Assembly (NCBI GenBank): GCA_050298595.1
Contig: JBNKUM010000009.1
Location: 32,001-96,000 of the forward strand
Direction of reading: 5' to 3'
DNA: 64,000 bases
Origin: Gammaproteobacteria bacterium
GTDB lineage: Bacteria; Pseudomonadota; Gammaproteobacteria; GCA-001735895
Shown here: piece by piece, positions 38,074-47,573 of the stretch
Position numbering within the stretch: position 1 is the stretch's first letter
Layout: each line of letters starts with the position of its first letter
Translations under genes and position numbers: made by a program
The notes under the pieces: generated by a model
Databases searched by the model: none
Told to the model about the DNA's origin: nothing
Seen by the model: the letters and a program-made list of their open reading frames with translations, nothing else

Positions 38074-39612
38074 TTATTTCTTTTTAATAAAGACTCTATC
38101 TTTATCCAGAATATCGGTTTCTATAGAAAACAGGCTTAGTACGGTATCGTATACATCTTGTTGACCATATTCCTCACGTTCCACAACTGAGATTGGTACA
38201 GAAGATTTTACAATCAATGGAATCTCGGCTTGTTCTGGAGGCAGCGATATACCTGGAGGCATGCCATGAAAAATACGACCATCTTCCAGTAATGATTCGC
38301 CATGATCCGATAAATAAATAAATACATAGGGAACAGATGAGTTATCAAGAGTCTCAATCACTTTACCCAATACGTGATCCACATACAGAATAGTGTTGTC
38401 GTAAGAGTTATAAAGTTCGTCTTTGGTGCAGTAATTTACAACATCTGCTTCCAGGCACTGGGGGTTAAAAAGCTGAAACTCCGGGGGGTATCTATCCCGA
38501 TACTTTGGTCCATGACTGCCACCACCTGCATGTAAAACTATAAATCTATATCCAGACTGGTAGGTTTGCAGATTTTTAGCCAGTAGCGGAATTAAGTCTT
38601 CATCGTAGCATTCCCCATCATGCCCACAATTGTTAACCTTTATCTCGCCAACAGATTTGCAATTATCATACAGGGTGTAGTTAACATAACATGAAGTATC
38701 TATCCCCAATTTTGAAGTAATTGCTGGCAGTTTAACTTCTTTTTTTTCTAAAATTTCTGGTAAGGCAAATAAGGTTGAACCAATACGAGCTATGCCAGTG
38801 AGAAGGTGAAGGTCACTGTATCTGGACAGCACTGGATTGGTATTGTGCTTATCATAACCATAAAGACTAAAGCTTTTTTTCCTGGATGCCTCACCAACTA
38901 GAAGCACCACCACTAAATCATCCTGCGAGGTAACCTGTCCAGTAATCACCACAGGATTTTTATTTTTCTTGAAATAGGGTTTCACCGCGTTCTGAATGAC
39001 ACTGGCTATGCTGATAATATAATTAACGGGTACCAGTGAATGTACTATGTATTTATTAGATAGATTGGCTGCACGATGAATGCTGTTATATTTTAGATAT
39101 ACCATCCCTATAGCGATGGATATCGCTAGTACGAATATTGTTAATGTTGTTGCTATATGCCTTAACGGTCTATGGAAAGTAATCCTGATTTTAGAGAGTA
39201 CGATGATGGGCAATATGACAAGGAATATCAGATACGGGATCATCTGTACGGATAATAACCCGCTCGCTTCAACAGGATCTGTATTAATGGTATTTAATAC
39301 CATAGTCCCATCAATGGCCACGTTATATTTAGCGATAAAATATGACGCTGTTGCGCTAACAATAATGAAAAATATTGCAACAGGTTTAGTTGTCCAGCGA
39401 TGAGCAAAAAGTACAAAGAACGCTATGAAAAAGCATAGGCCAAAGGTTAAAAATGCTAACAGGCTGCTATAGTCAATCTCATTTCCAAGATGAAACCATT
39501 TGTCAATTTTGTCTATATTTATCGAATTCCAGATTACATATAGTAATGTGGTAAACAACAGAGAAAACGATGTATAGGAAAGGTTAAGTTTTTTACTTTG
39601 AGTGCGGGCCAT
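38074..39612 (-). CDS. eptA: Phosphoethanolamine transferase, EptA/MCR family
   Basis: Five N-terminal TMs, VVLLVGEASR, GSHGPKY, YDNTILYVD, YLSDHGESL, FHG. Confidence 0.75.
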   Translation of the reverse strand: MARTQSKKLNLSYTSFSLLFTTLLYVIWNSINIDKIDKWFHLGNEIDYSSLLAFLTFGLCFFIAFFVLFAHRWTTKPVAIFFIIVSATASYFIAKYNVAIDGTMVLNTINTDPVEASGLLSVQMIPYLIFLVILPIIVLSKIRITFHRPLRHIATTLTIFVLAISIAIGMVYLKYNSIHRAANLSNKYIVHSLVPVNYIISIASVIQNAVKPYFKKNKNPVVITGQVTSQDDLVVVLLVGEASRKKSFSLYGYDKHNTNPVLSRYSDLHLLTGIARIGSTLFALPEILEKKEVKLPAITSKLGIDTSCYVNYTLYDNCKSVGEIKVNNCGHDGECYDEDLIPLLAKNLQTYQSGYRFIVLHAGGGSHGPKYRDRYPPEFQLFNPQCLEADVVNYCTKDELYNSYDNTILYVDHVLGKVIETLDNSSVPYVFIYLSDHGESLLEDGRIFHGMPPGISLPPEQAEIPLIVKSSVPISVVEREEYGQQDVYDTVLSLFSIETDILDKDRVFIKKK

Positions 39613-39936
39613 GAATTAACGAGATTGATTTTTGGGAAATAAAACAGTAAGTGCGATTATTTTTACAGAGCCTGAGAGAATGTCCAGGGATTAATGCCTA
39701 TGATTGAGAGATACGGGGCCTTTTAGTTCAGGAGCCTGGGCAATAATAACGAATACCAGCATTTAGAGCTCCAAAATACTCTAAAACATGAAATTATATA
39801 CCATAGTTATTAAGAATAATCCCTGGAAAATCTAAGGTAAATATACGGGTCTTGATAGTTTAATAATATTCGACATAAGATTTTCCTTGTTAACAGCAAC
39901 TTCTGACCACGTATCGACAACCAGGCTGCTCGTCTT

Positions 39937-40656
39937 CTAGCTCAACAGGTCAGCCACACGCATCTGCTGGCGCGTTAAGGGCCCATAGGGCTCATCACGG
40001 GTTTTATCATGCACATGCAAGCGATAATTCACAAACGAATCCTCATCCTCAAAATGCATAAATGGATTACCTTCAAGCTGTTCAGCCATGGTTGCAGTCT
40101 CTTTTTCTGAATAGTTATGCCCAGGGTGTATGACCATGTCGCCTGCCAGGCGCTGCTTCATGTCTTTAAGTGTGTTAAACATCTGTTGTGGATTTCCCCC
40201 ATGTAGATCGCAGCGTCCACAACCGAACACAAACAGGGTATCGCCAGTGATTATTTCATTCTCTATCTGGTAACAAGCTGATCCTGGTGTGTGTCCGGGG
40301 GTATGCAGCATACTGATTTCGCTTTCACCCAGCATGATTCGGTCACCGCCATGGTGCAGGCAGGGTTTATCGAGTTGCTGACTCCAGAATTCGTATTCGG
40401 GTTTGAGCAGGTGGATTTTCGCATGACTATGTTCGAGCATGCCGCTAATACCATTGATGTGGTCGTGATGGCTGTGAGTCAGCAGAATGTCGGTGATTTT
40501 TAGTCCTAATTCCTCAGCTTTGCTGGTGATAGCGGGAACATCCCAGGCTGGATCAACTACAGCGGCCTGATGGGTTGCAGTATCCTCTATCAGGTAAATA
40601 AAGTTTTCCATTGGGCCTAGTTCAAGAGTGTGTATACGGGTTTTAGGTTGTGTCAT
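39937..40656 (-). CDS. Metallo-beta-lactamase-fold hydrolase (glyoxalase II-like)
   Basis: THSHHDH, HTPGHTPGS, TGDTLF..GCGR, PGHNY. Confidence 0.85.
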   Translation of the reverse strand: MTQPKTRIHTLELGPMENFIYLIEDTATHQAAVVDPAWDVPAITSKAEELGLKITDILLTHSHHDHINGISGMLEHSHAKIHLLKPEYEFWSQQLDKPCLHHGGDRIMLGESEISMLHTPGHTPGSACYQIENEIITGDTLFVFGCGRCDLHGGNPQQMFNTLKDMKQRLAGDMVIHPGHNYSEKETATMAEQLEGNPFMHFEDEDSFVNYRLHVHDKTRDEPYGPLTRQQMRVADLLS

Positions 40657-40728
40657 GATCCCCTCGGTACTTTTGCTAAAGATCTTGGTATTATACGCAT
40701 CTTTTTTCGGCACATGGGTGCGGTAACT

Positions 40729-42144
40729 ATGGAAAAATTAGTCGATGTAGCGATTATTGGCGCAGGTACTGCGGGCCTTAATGCAATGTCTCAGGTAAAA
40801 AAAGCGGGTAAATCATTTATCCTGATCAATGGTGGGTTCTGGGGAACGACCTGCGCACGAGTTGGATGTATGCCCTCCAAGGCATTCATCCAGGTGGCAG
40901 AAGATTACCACCGGCGTGAGATTTTTGACCGTCATGGTATCGCAGGCGACGAGCAGATCAGTCTGGATATTCCCGAAGGCATGGAACATGTACGCGATAT
41001 GCGCGATATCTTTGTTGATCGGGTTCTGGGTTCAAGTACTGATGAATTGCCTGAGGAGATGAAGCTTGAGGGCTATGCACGGTTTATCGAACCGGATGCG
41101 GTTCAGGTTGGTGATACAATTATTCGTGCCAAAAGCTTTATTATCGCTACTGGCACCAGGCCGATAGTTCCTGAGTCATGGAAACAATATGGTGATCGCA
41201 TCATCACAACTGACCAGTTTTTTGAGCAGGAAGATTTTCCAGAAACAATGGCTGTCATCGGTTTGGGTGTTATAGGTCTTGAACTCGGTCAGGCACTGGC
41301 ACGCAAGGGTATTAAGATAACCGGCATTGAAGGTAGTGAACGTATTGCCGGGCTGTCTGATGATGTCGCACATCAGGTGCTGCTGGATTTAATGAGTAAA
41401 GAAATGGATATCTGGCTGGGCCAACAGGCCAAATTATCCAGCAGTGGCGATAAAATTCTGATCACTGTCGGGGAGAAAAGCGTAGAAGTTGACAAGGTGC
41501 TGGTTGCTATTGGACGTAAGCCTAATCTGGATAATCTGGGGCTGGATAAGCTCGACCTGGCGCTGGATGATGAAGGCATGCCGGTTTTTGATCCGAACAC
41601 GATGCAATTGGGTGATTTACCAATTTATCTGGCGGGTGATGCTAATGGCAGCAAACAGATCCTGCACGAGGCGGGTGACGAAGGAAAGATCGCTGGATAT
41701 AACGCGGCTCACCATTGCTCGGATGCATTTAAACGCAAAACCCATCTGGGTATTACTTTCTGTGATCCTAATGTGGCCACGGTTGGGCAATCCTGGTCCG
41801 AACTTTCACAAAACGAAGATGTCGTCGTCGGTGAAATGAGCATGGGTCCGGTAGGGCGTGCACTGATTATGGGTAAGAATAAAGGCATCATGCGCGTTTA
41901 TGTGGACAAGAATACAGCAGCCATTCTGGGTGGCACGCTAGTTTCAACCAGAGGTGAGAATGTGGCTCATTTGCTGGCATGGGCCATCCAGCTAGGCTTG
42001 ACGGTATATGATGTACTCCGGTTACCTTTTTACCATCCAGTTATAGAAGAGGCGCTGCAGGCCTGTTTTTATGATGCGCTGAAAAAGCTGGAAGTTAAAT
42101 CTTCAGCCAAAATTTTAGAATTGGGAGAGATAACCAGTGAATGA
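40729..42144 (+). CDS. Dihydrolipoyl dehydrogenase-like pyridine nucleotide-disulfide oxidoreductase
   Basis: GAGTAG, redox CARVGCMPSK, GLGVIGLE, C-terminal YHPVIEE. Confidence 0.85.
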   Translation: MEKLVDVAIIGAGTAGLNAMSQVKKAGKSFILINGGFWGTTCARVGCMPSKAFIQVAEDYHRREIFDRHGIAGDEQISLDIPEGMEHVRDMRDIFVDRVLGSSTDELPEEMKLEGYARFIEPDAVQVGDTIIRAKSFIIATGTRPIVPESWKQYGDRIITTDQFFEQEDFPETMAVIGLGVIGLELGQALARKGIKITGIEGSERIAGLSDDVAHQVLLDLMSKEMDIWLGQQAKLSSSGDKILITVGEKSVEVDKVLVAIGRKPNLDNLGLDKLDLALDDEGMPVFDPNTMQLGDLPIYLAGDANGSKQILHEAGDEGKIAGYNAAHHCSDAFKRKTHLGITFCDPNVATVGQSWSELSQNEDVVVGEMSMGPVGRALIMGKNKGIMRVYVDKNTAAILGGTLVSTRGENVAHLLAWAIQLGLTVYDVLRLPFYHPVIEEALQACFYDALKKLEVKSSAKILELGEITSE

Positions 42145-42433
42145 TAAAAACCACAGCGAATCACAGGACGAAAAAGTGATGGAGAAACGTATCATGGTCA
42201 TGATGCGACAGGTATTGTCCGCAGTAGCACGGGACACCGTGCCACCACCGGGTATGAAACATCCCTTGTCTGATACGACTATTGAAGGTATTCGAGATTG
42301 TCTGGCACTGATCTCGGCCCGTGAACGCGAATTGAATATCGACCTGGATGAAGAAAGCCTGAAGCGACCGCGTTATATTGATGACCCTCAGGCCAATAAG
42401 GTCGTTTCTCTGGATTCGATCACCAAAAAATAG
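42137..42433 (+). CDS. Hypothetical protein
   Basis: 98-aa ORF overlapping the upstream stop; DT.PPPGMKHPLS..TIE.IR.CL.LISARE looks like a conserved motif. Confidence 0.7.
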   Translation: MNDKNHSESQDEKVMEKRIMVMMRQVLSAVARDTVPPPGMKHPLSDTTIEGIRDCLALISARERELNIDLDEESLKRPRYIDDPQANKVVSLDSITKK

Positions 42434-42511
42434 CAGTTAAACCTGAAGCCACGGATTCAGGTTAAAATGAACAACCTTGAACTTAAATTCAATAATCTTT
42501 GAGTATTTATC

Positions 42512-43726
42512 ATGAGCAAACAATCAGTTAAAAAAGTAGTGCTGGCCTATTCAGGCGGTCTTGATACTTCTGTTATCCTAAAGTGGCTAGAAGATGAATA
42601 TAATTGCGAAGTCGTCACCTTTACCGCCGATGTAGGGCAGGGCGAAGAGGTTGAGCCTGCACGTGAAAAGGCACGACAATACGGTATTAAGGAAATCTAC
42701 ATCGAAGATCTGAAAGAAGAGTTCGTGAGAGATTATGTATTCCCTATGTTCCGTGCCAATACCATCTACGAAGGTGAATATCTGCTCGGCACATCGATTG
42801 CCCGTCCACTGATTGCCAAACGACTGGTTGAGATAGCTCGTGAAACCGGTGCCGATGCCATCTCCCACGGTGCCACCGGAAAAGGTAACGATCAGGTGCG
42901 TTTTGAACTCGGTGCCTATGCTCTAAACCCTGATATCAAGGTGATTGCCCCCTGGCGTGAATGGGACTTAACCTCACGTGCGACACTGATGGCCTATGCT
43001 GAAAAAGCCGGTATTCAGATAGAACAAAAACGCGGTACTAAATCACCCTACTCAATGGATGCCAACCTGCTGCACATTTCTTACGAAGGTGACATTCTGG
43101 AAGATCCATGGAGTGAAGCAGAAGAAGATATGTGGCGCTGGAGTGTTTCTCCAGAATCTGCTCCCGACCAACCTACTTATATCGTACTTACTTTTGAAAA
43201 AGGTGATGTTGTCGCCATCAATGGTGAAGCCATGACTCCGGCAACCGTATTGGCTACCCTGAACAAGATTGGCGGTGACAATGGTATTGGTCGATCTGAT
43301 ATCGTAGAAAATCGCTATGTTGGTATGAAGTCTCGTGGCTGTTACGAAACCCCTGGAGGCACCATCCTGTTGAAAGCGCATCGCGCTATGGAATCGTTAA
43401 CACTGGATCGTGAAGTAGCTCATCTTAAAGATGAACTTATGCCACGCTATGCCACATTGATTTATAACGGTTACTGGTGGAGCCCTGAGCGCAAGATGAT
43501 GCAACAAATGATTGATGCCTCACAGGCGACGGTCAATGGCGATGTAAGGCTGAAACTTTATAAGGGCAATGTGATAGTGGTAGGTCGTCAGTCTGCCACA
43601 GACAGCCTGTTCGATGAATCTATTGCAACCTTTGAAGATGATGCCGGTGCCTATAACCAGAAGGATGCAGAAGGCTTCATCAAGCTGAACGCATTGCGTT
43701 TACGTATTGCAGGCAAGAAGAAGTAA
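42512..43726 (+). CDS. argG: Argininosuccinate synthase
   Basis: [46 protein letters not shown]. Confidence 0.97.
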   Translation: MSKQSVKKVVLAYSGGLDTSVILKWLEDEYNCEVVTFTADVGQGEEVEPAREKARQYGIKEIYIEDLKEEFVRDYVFPMFRANTIYEGEYLLGTSIARPLIAKRLVEIARETGADAISHGATGKGNDQVRFELGAYALNPDIKVIAPWREWDLTSRATLMAYAEKAGIQIEQKRGTKSPYSMDANLLHISYEGDILEDPWSEAEEDMWRWSVSPESAPDQPTYIVLTFEKGDVVAINGEAMTPATVLATLNKIGGDNGIGRSDIVENRYVGMKSRGCYETPGGTILLKAHRAMESLTLDREVAHLKDELMPRYATLIYNGYWWSPERKMMQQMIDASQATVNGDVRLKLYKGNVIVVGRQSATDSLFDESIATFEDDAGAYNQKDAEGFIKLNALRLRIAGKKK

Positions 43727-44175
43727 TGAATATGCAGTTAGTCAGAAAGGGATTTCTGCCGCTGCTGCTAGTGTTTTTGTTAAACGCCTGCGAGAGCGAA
43801 AAAATACAGCAAACCGAGTTCAGTATTCAGCAGAATTATTTTCTGCAATCTATAGAGCTGGTGGAGTCTGCTGGCTTAAAACTACAGGCGCCTGAGTTGA
43901 AAAAGCAGGATGTAGAGCAGGCCATTCAACAGATGGATCAGGGTTTGCGGCAGGCATTTGAAGTCGAACGTAAGTTTCTACGCAAACTTGATTTAAGGCT
44001 ACCCAAATTCTATAACGAGCTGTTTATCCCTGGTGTTGAACAATATCGATTGGGTATGGAAACGGCTAATCGTCAGCAACAATTGCAAGGGCTGGAGTTA
44101 TTAAGTCGCTGGGGGCAATACTGGATTCAGGAAAAGTCGAATATTCAGCAAAAGCTGGTGAGTTTAAATGGCTGA
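43726..44175 (+). CDS. Hypothetical lipoprotein
   Basis: Basic N-terminus, hydrophobic stretch and lipobox LNAC; coupled to argG stop. Confidence 0.7.
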   Translation: MNMQLVRKGFLPLLLVFLLNACESEKIQQTEFSIQQNYFLQSIELVESAGLKLQAPELKKQDVEQAIQQMDQGLRQAFEVERKFLRKLDLRLPKFYNELFIPGVEQYRLGMETANRQQQLQGLELLSRWGQYWIQEKSNIQQKLVSLNG

Positions 44176-44312
44176 TACACACCTGCTAGTGTGCGTAAAT
44201 AAACGATCAGGCCTGCAACAACAATTCTGTGCTGGTCTTTACTGAAGTGACTGAACTGGATTTAGATTCGATTATCCAGGCCGTGCAGGATTTTAAACCG
44301 AACCTATCTTAG
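44168..44312 (+). pseudogene. Remnant of a thioredoxin-like [2Fe-2S] ferredoxin with internal deletion and frameshift
   Basis: ATG 44168: MADTHLLVCVNKRSGLQQQFCAG then stop; +1 frame continues VFTEVTELDLDSIIQAV...*; central CxxxCxxGP segment absent. Confidence 0.45.
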
Positions 44313-44374
44313 CCTGCTATCTGTAGGCTATACACAGTTAATGGTGAGCTTTGTCGACTGACAACAATAATCAC

Positions 44375-45436
44375 ATGCGAAAAATTATCCATATAGATAT
44401 GGATGCATTTTTCGCATCGGTTGAACAACGAGATAACCCAGATCTGAAAGGAAAACCCGTGGCGGTTGGAGGTTCGGCCAAACGTGGTGTGGTTGCCGCC
44501 GCGAGCTACGAAGCACGAGAGTTTGGCGTTTATTCTGCTATGCCATCGGTCACGGCTTTAAGGAAATGCCCGCAACTGATATTTGTCCCCCCCAGATTTG
44601 ATGTGTATAAATCAGTATCACAACAGATTCATCAGGTTTTTAAAAAACATACTGATCTCATAGAGCCCTTATCTCTGGATGAAGCCTATCTGGATGTAAC
44701 GCAGAATAAACAGGGTATTGCATCCGCTACTGAGATTGCTCGGCTGATCAAGAATGAAATCAAACAGCAGACTAGATTAACCGCCTCGGCTGGTGTCTCG
44801 ATGAATAAATTCCTGGCTAAGGTAGCTTCCGATGTTGATAAGCCTGATGGACTGTTTGTGATTCGACCACAACAAGCACAGGATTTCATCGATCAGTTAC
44901 CAATAGAACGTTTTTTTGGAGTAGGGAGAGTGACCGCTAAAAAGATGAAAGCGCTGGGTATTTTCAATGGAGAAACTTTAAAGCAATGGTCACGGGAAGA
45001 TCTGTTACAGCAATTTGGAAAATCAGGATTATATTTTTATCAGGTCGCGCATGGTCAGGATGAGCGCCCCGTGCAGTCACATCGTATTCGTAAGTCTCTG
45101 GGTGCAGAGCGTACCTTTGCTGATGATTTGACATCTCTAACAGACATGGATACTCAGTTGCAACTGATCTCTGAAGAAGTCGCGATCAGGTTATCTCGAG
45201 CTGCAAAGCAGGGGCGAACTATTACTTTAAAAGTAAAATTTGCAGACTTTAGTCAAATTACTCGTAGTCAATCATTGAATGATTTAGTTACCGATGCCGA
45301 GTCTATATTCCAGGTTGCCAGCCATTTGCTACACACTGAATTTGTAGAAGGGTTTCGGATAAGACTGTTGGGGATTACGCTTTCGAACTTATCTACATCA
45401 AACGATAAGACACATCAGTTAAGTCTTGGAATATAA
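44375..45436 (+). CDS. dinB: DNA polymerase IV
   Basis: RKIIHIDMDAFFASVEQRD, SYEAR, SLDEAYLD, KFLAKVASD.DKPDG. Confidence 0.96.
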   Translation: MRKIIHIDMDAFFASVEQRDNPDLKGKPVAVGGSAKRGVVAAASYEAREFGVYSAMPSVTALRKCPQLIFVPPRFDVYKSVSQQIHQVFKKHTDLIEPLSLDEAYLDVTQNKQGIASATEIARLIKNEIKQQTRLTASAGVSMNKFLAKVASDVDKPDGLFVIRPQQAQDFIDQLPIERFFGVGRVTAKKMKALGIFNGETLKQWSREDLLQQFGKSGLYFYQVAHGQDERPVQSHRIRKSLGAERTFADDLTSLTDMDTQLQLISEEVAIRLSRAAKQGRTITLKVKFADFSQITRSQSLNDLVTDAESIFQVASHLLHTEFVEGFRIRLLGITLSNLSTSNDKTHQLSLGI

Positions 45437-45519
45437 TTCGAAAAACCTGTTAAAAGTAGCTGCTATCTTAAAAACGCGCTCTAGGGGCAATCATTGGGAA
45501 TGAAGGGATGAAGTTTTTC

Positions 45520-46458
45520 CCCACTCCTGGCAATAGGCTATGTCGCATTGATTGCTGCATGATTACCGCACTCGCCTATCTGTATTTTAATTCAACCCAG
45601 CTGGCTCAACATGGGTTTACCTCGCCATTTCAACTCACATAGGTAGCCGGGATTTATTTCTCCAATATGCTGGCGATCCTATTTAGTTTTGGACTACTGA
45701 TCCTCTGGGCTCAGGTTAGAATGGCTCGTCACTGTGCAGAATGCCTGACAATGCAGGTAGAAAGCTCATTGGATGATTTTGTCACTGCCTCTTTGATCGC
45801 AAAATTATTATCTGAGGCTACCTCACAATATCTGGGTCAGGGTAGTCTTGAGATCATGGATAAATCTGTATTTGAGCCTGGTGAGCCTGATCCACAGCGC
45901 AAGCATGATTTACAGGTATTGTTTGATCAGTATGCAGAACCCTGTCGGCAATACTCGGTAATTGTATTATTTCGAAAATTTGATGATATAGGGCCAAAGC
46001 CGTGGCCTTGCCCGATGGACATATTATTTTCACCGATGCGATGGTAAATCTGGCAAACCAGAATGAGGAGTTGATTGCTATTTTCGGGCATGAAGTCGGA
46101 CACCTGGCACATCAACATATGTTAAGACGAGTGATTCAGGATTCGATGTTCACTCTGGTTCTGGTACTGGTTACGGGTGATGCATCCTCAGCGCTTGTTA
46201 GCGCGATTCCAGCGGTGCTACTTGAGCTTGCCTATTCGTGAGAATTTGAACGGGAAGCCGATGATTTTGCCTATGAATTCCTGTTACAAAACAATCTATC
46301 CACCGTGTATTTTGCTAATATTATGCAGCGCCTGGAATAACTGCGAAGATATCCCAAATCAAAAGATGATATTGAAAGGCACAGCAATCAAGAAGAAGGG
46401 TATTCCTCCTATCTTTCAACCCATCCGGCAACTGAACAACGGATGCAGGGGGTTTTAG
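45520..46458 (+). pseudogene. Decayed fusion of YjgN/DUF898 membrane protein C-terminus and M48 metallopeptidase
   Basis: YFNSTQL...*VAGIYFSNMLAILFSFGLLILWAQVRMAR (TAG at 45640); M48 part with frameshift near 46000, HEVGH zinc motif, YS*EFEREADD (TGA 46239) and a further stop; 5' boundary approximate. Confidence 0.75.
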
Positions 46459-46561
46459 GCCTGAGCAATAGTTAGTTAAGACATCTTGTAGACTCCCTGA
46501 GGGGGATTTTTGATATGTGAAATCCTGAGTTTATGAATCAAATTCAAGTCAGAGGGGGGTT

Positions 46562-46593
46562 TTAAGCTTCAATTAAGGTTAAAACCCTATAGT
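46562..46593 (+). promoter_or_regulatory. TTAAG-N6-TTAAG box plus -10
   Basis: TTAAG-cttcaa-TTAAG (46562-46577), 10 nt, TATAGT (46588-46593). Confidence 0.7.
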
Positions 46594-46597
46594 AGGG

Positions 46598-46702
46598 AAT
46601 CCTTCCGGTGTTTAGAAGGATTTGAGATTAATAATACTTACTTCTCAACTCAGATGGCGGCTATATTCACCCCCCCCCCGACTGTAGCCGCCATTTTTTT
46701 TT
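46598..46702 (+). ncRNA. Candidate ~100-nt three-hairpin sRNA
   Basis: Between box promoter and intrinsic terminator; stems AATCCTTC/GAAGGATT, TTGAGA/TCTCAA and a terminator with C10 loop; no ORF with an RBS. Confidence 0.55.
46654..46702 (+). terminator. Rho-independent terminator
   Basis: ATGGCGGCTATA...TGTAGCCGCCAT (12 bp, one G-U) followed by a T run. Confidence 0.8.
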
Positions 46703-46721
46703 CATAGATAGAATTATCAAA

Positions 46722-47210
46722 TCATCTGGTAAGTATTCTATATGTTAAGTACATTACATCAAACGGCAGATGTTGAAATGATCTTGTCTCGCCTTCAATA
46801 AACCCCAGCTTTATGTACCAGTCTTTAAGTTCTGAAAATTTTGCAATGATTCCGATACTGACAAGATAGATTTCCTGATTCTTTGAGTATTCAATCACGT
46901 GGCGTACCAGTTTTTCGCCGATACCTCTACACCTATATTTGGGTAATACCGATAAGCGGTTCAGATAGGATATGGAAGGATCAGGGCTTTCAAAAGCAAC
47001 ACAGCCTATAAAAATACCATCTAGCTGGGCAAGAAAATATTTTTCACCACGATCAAAATCTGATCTTGCCCAGTCCTCAGTGTAAAAGGAGGGGTGTTTT
47101 GGGTTATTTTGCCGAGTTAAATCAAATCGTTCTGCTACGTCTTTATTCGACTCACTTATGATATTTGCTAAAACGGCAGAATCTTTTTTGGTTGCGTTAA
47201 TTATTTTCAT
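46722..47210 (-). CDS. GNAT-family N-acetyltransferase
   Basis: YLNRLSVLPKYRCRGIGEKLV (acetyl-CoA motif A), WYIKLGF. Confidence 0.88.
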   Translation of the reverse strand: MKIINATKKDSAVLANIISESNKDVAERFDLTRQNNPKHPSFYTEDWARSDFDRGEKYFLAQLDGIFIGCVAFESPDPSISYLNRLSVLPKYRCRGIGEKLVRHVIEYSKNQEIYLVSIGIIAKFSELKDWYIKLGFIEGETRSFQHLPFDVMYLTYRILTR

Positions 47211-47573
47211 GACCCCGTATTTAAAAACTGTCATTTGAGAATGTCTACATCAAAGGTGCTAAGAAATCCTGTTTAACCTATATTTCTACTCTTCTATTGC
47301 TACTTTCTTGCTGACTGCTTTATGGTTTCGCCATCTGGGGCTTTTAGGGCGATGTGTACTCTGTGTTACCACTTCTTGCCGGTAGACTTATGCCTGTAAG
47401 GTTGCGCCTTTATTGTGCATCAGCCAGCACCGGTGATACAAGATTATTGCTTTCTGCCAATATGGCACCAAAACTATTATCAATTCCAATAAGTTAATAA
47501 CTAGTTCTACTTGTATTAGTTCGTCAATAGCTGCAAAAATATCAGCCTAATTTCCAAGCTGGAGTCGTATAAA

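Noticed and set aside
39613-39936. PmrA/BqsR-type box upstream of the EptA-like gene
   Set aside because: Only isolated TTAAG/CTAAG half-sites without 6-nt spacing
44321-44337. CTGT-N9-ACAG upstream of dinB as a LexA box
   Set aside because: Spacing is one base longer than the canonical CTGT-N8-ACAG
46654-46707. 17-codon ORF MAAIFTPPPTVAAIFFS
   Set aside because: No RBS and lies entirely within the terminator hairpin
47235-47573. About 340-bp intergenic region with short ORFs and a TGGCAC hexamer
   Set aside because: No coherent ORF, no -12 GC at sigma-54 spacing and no clear structure recognised
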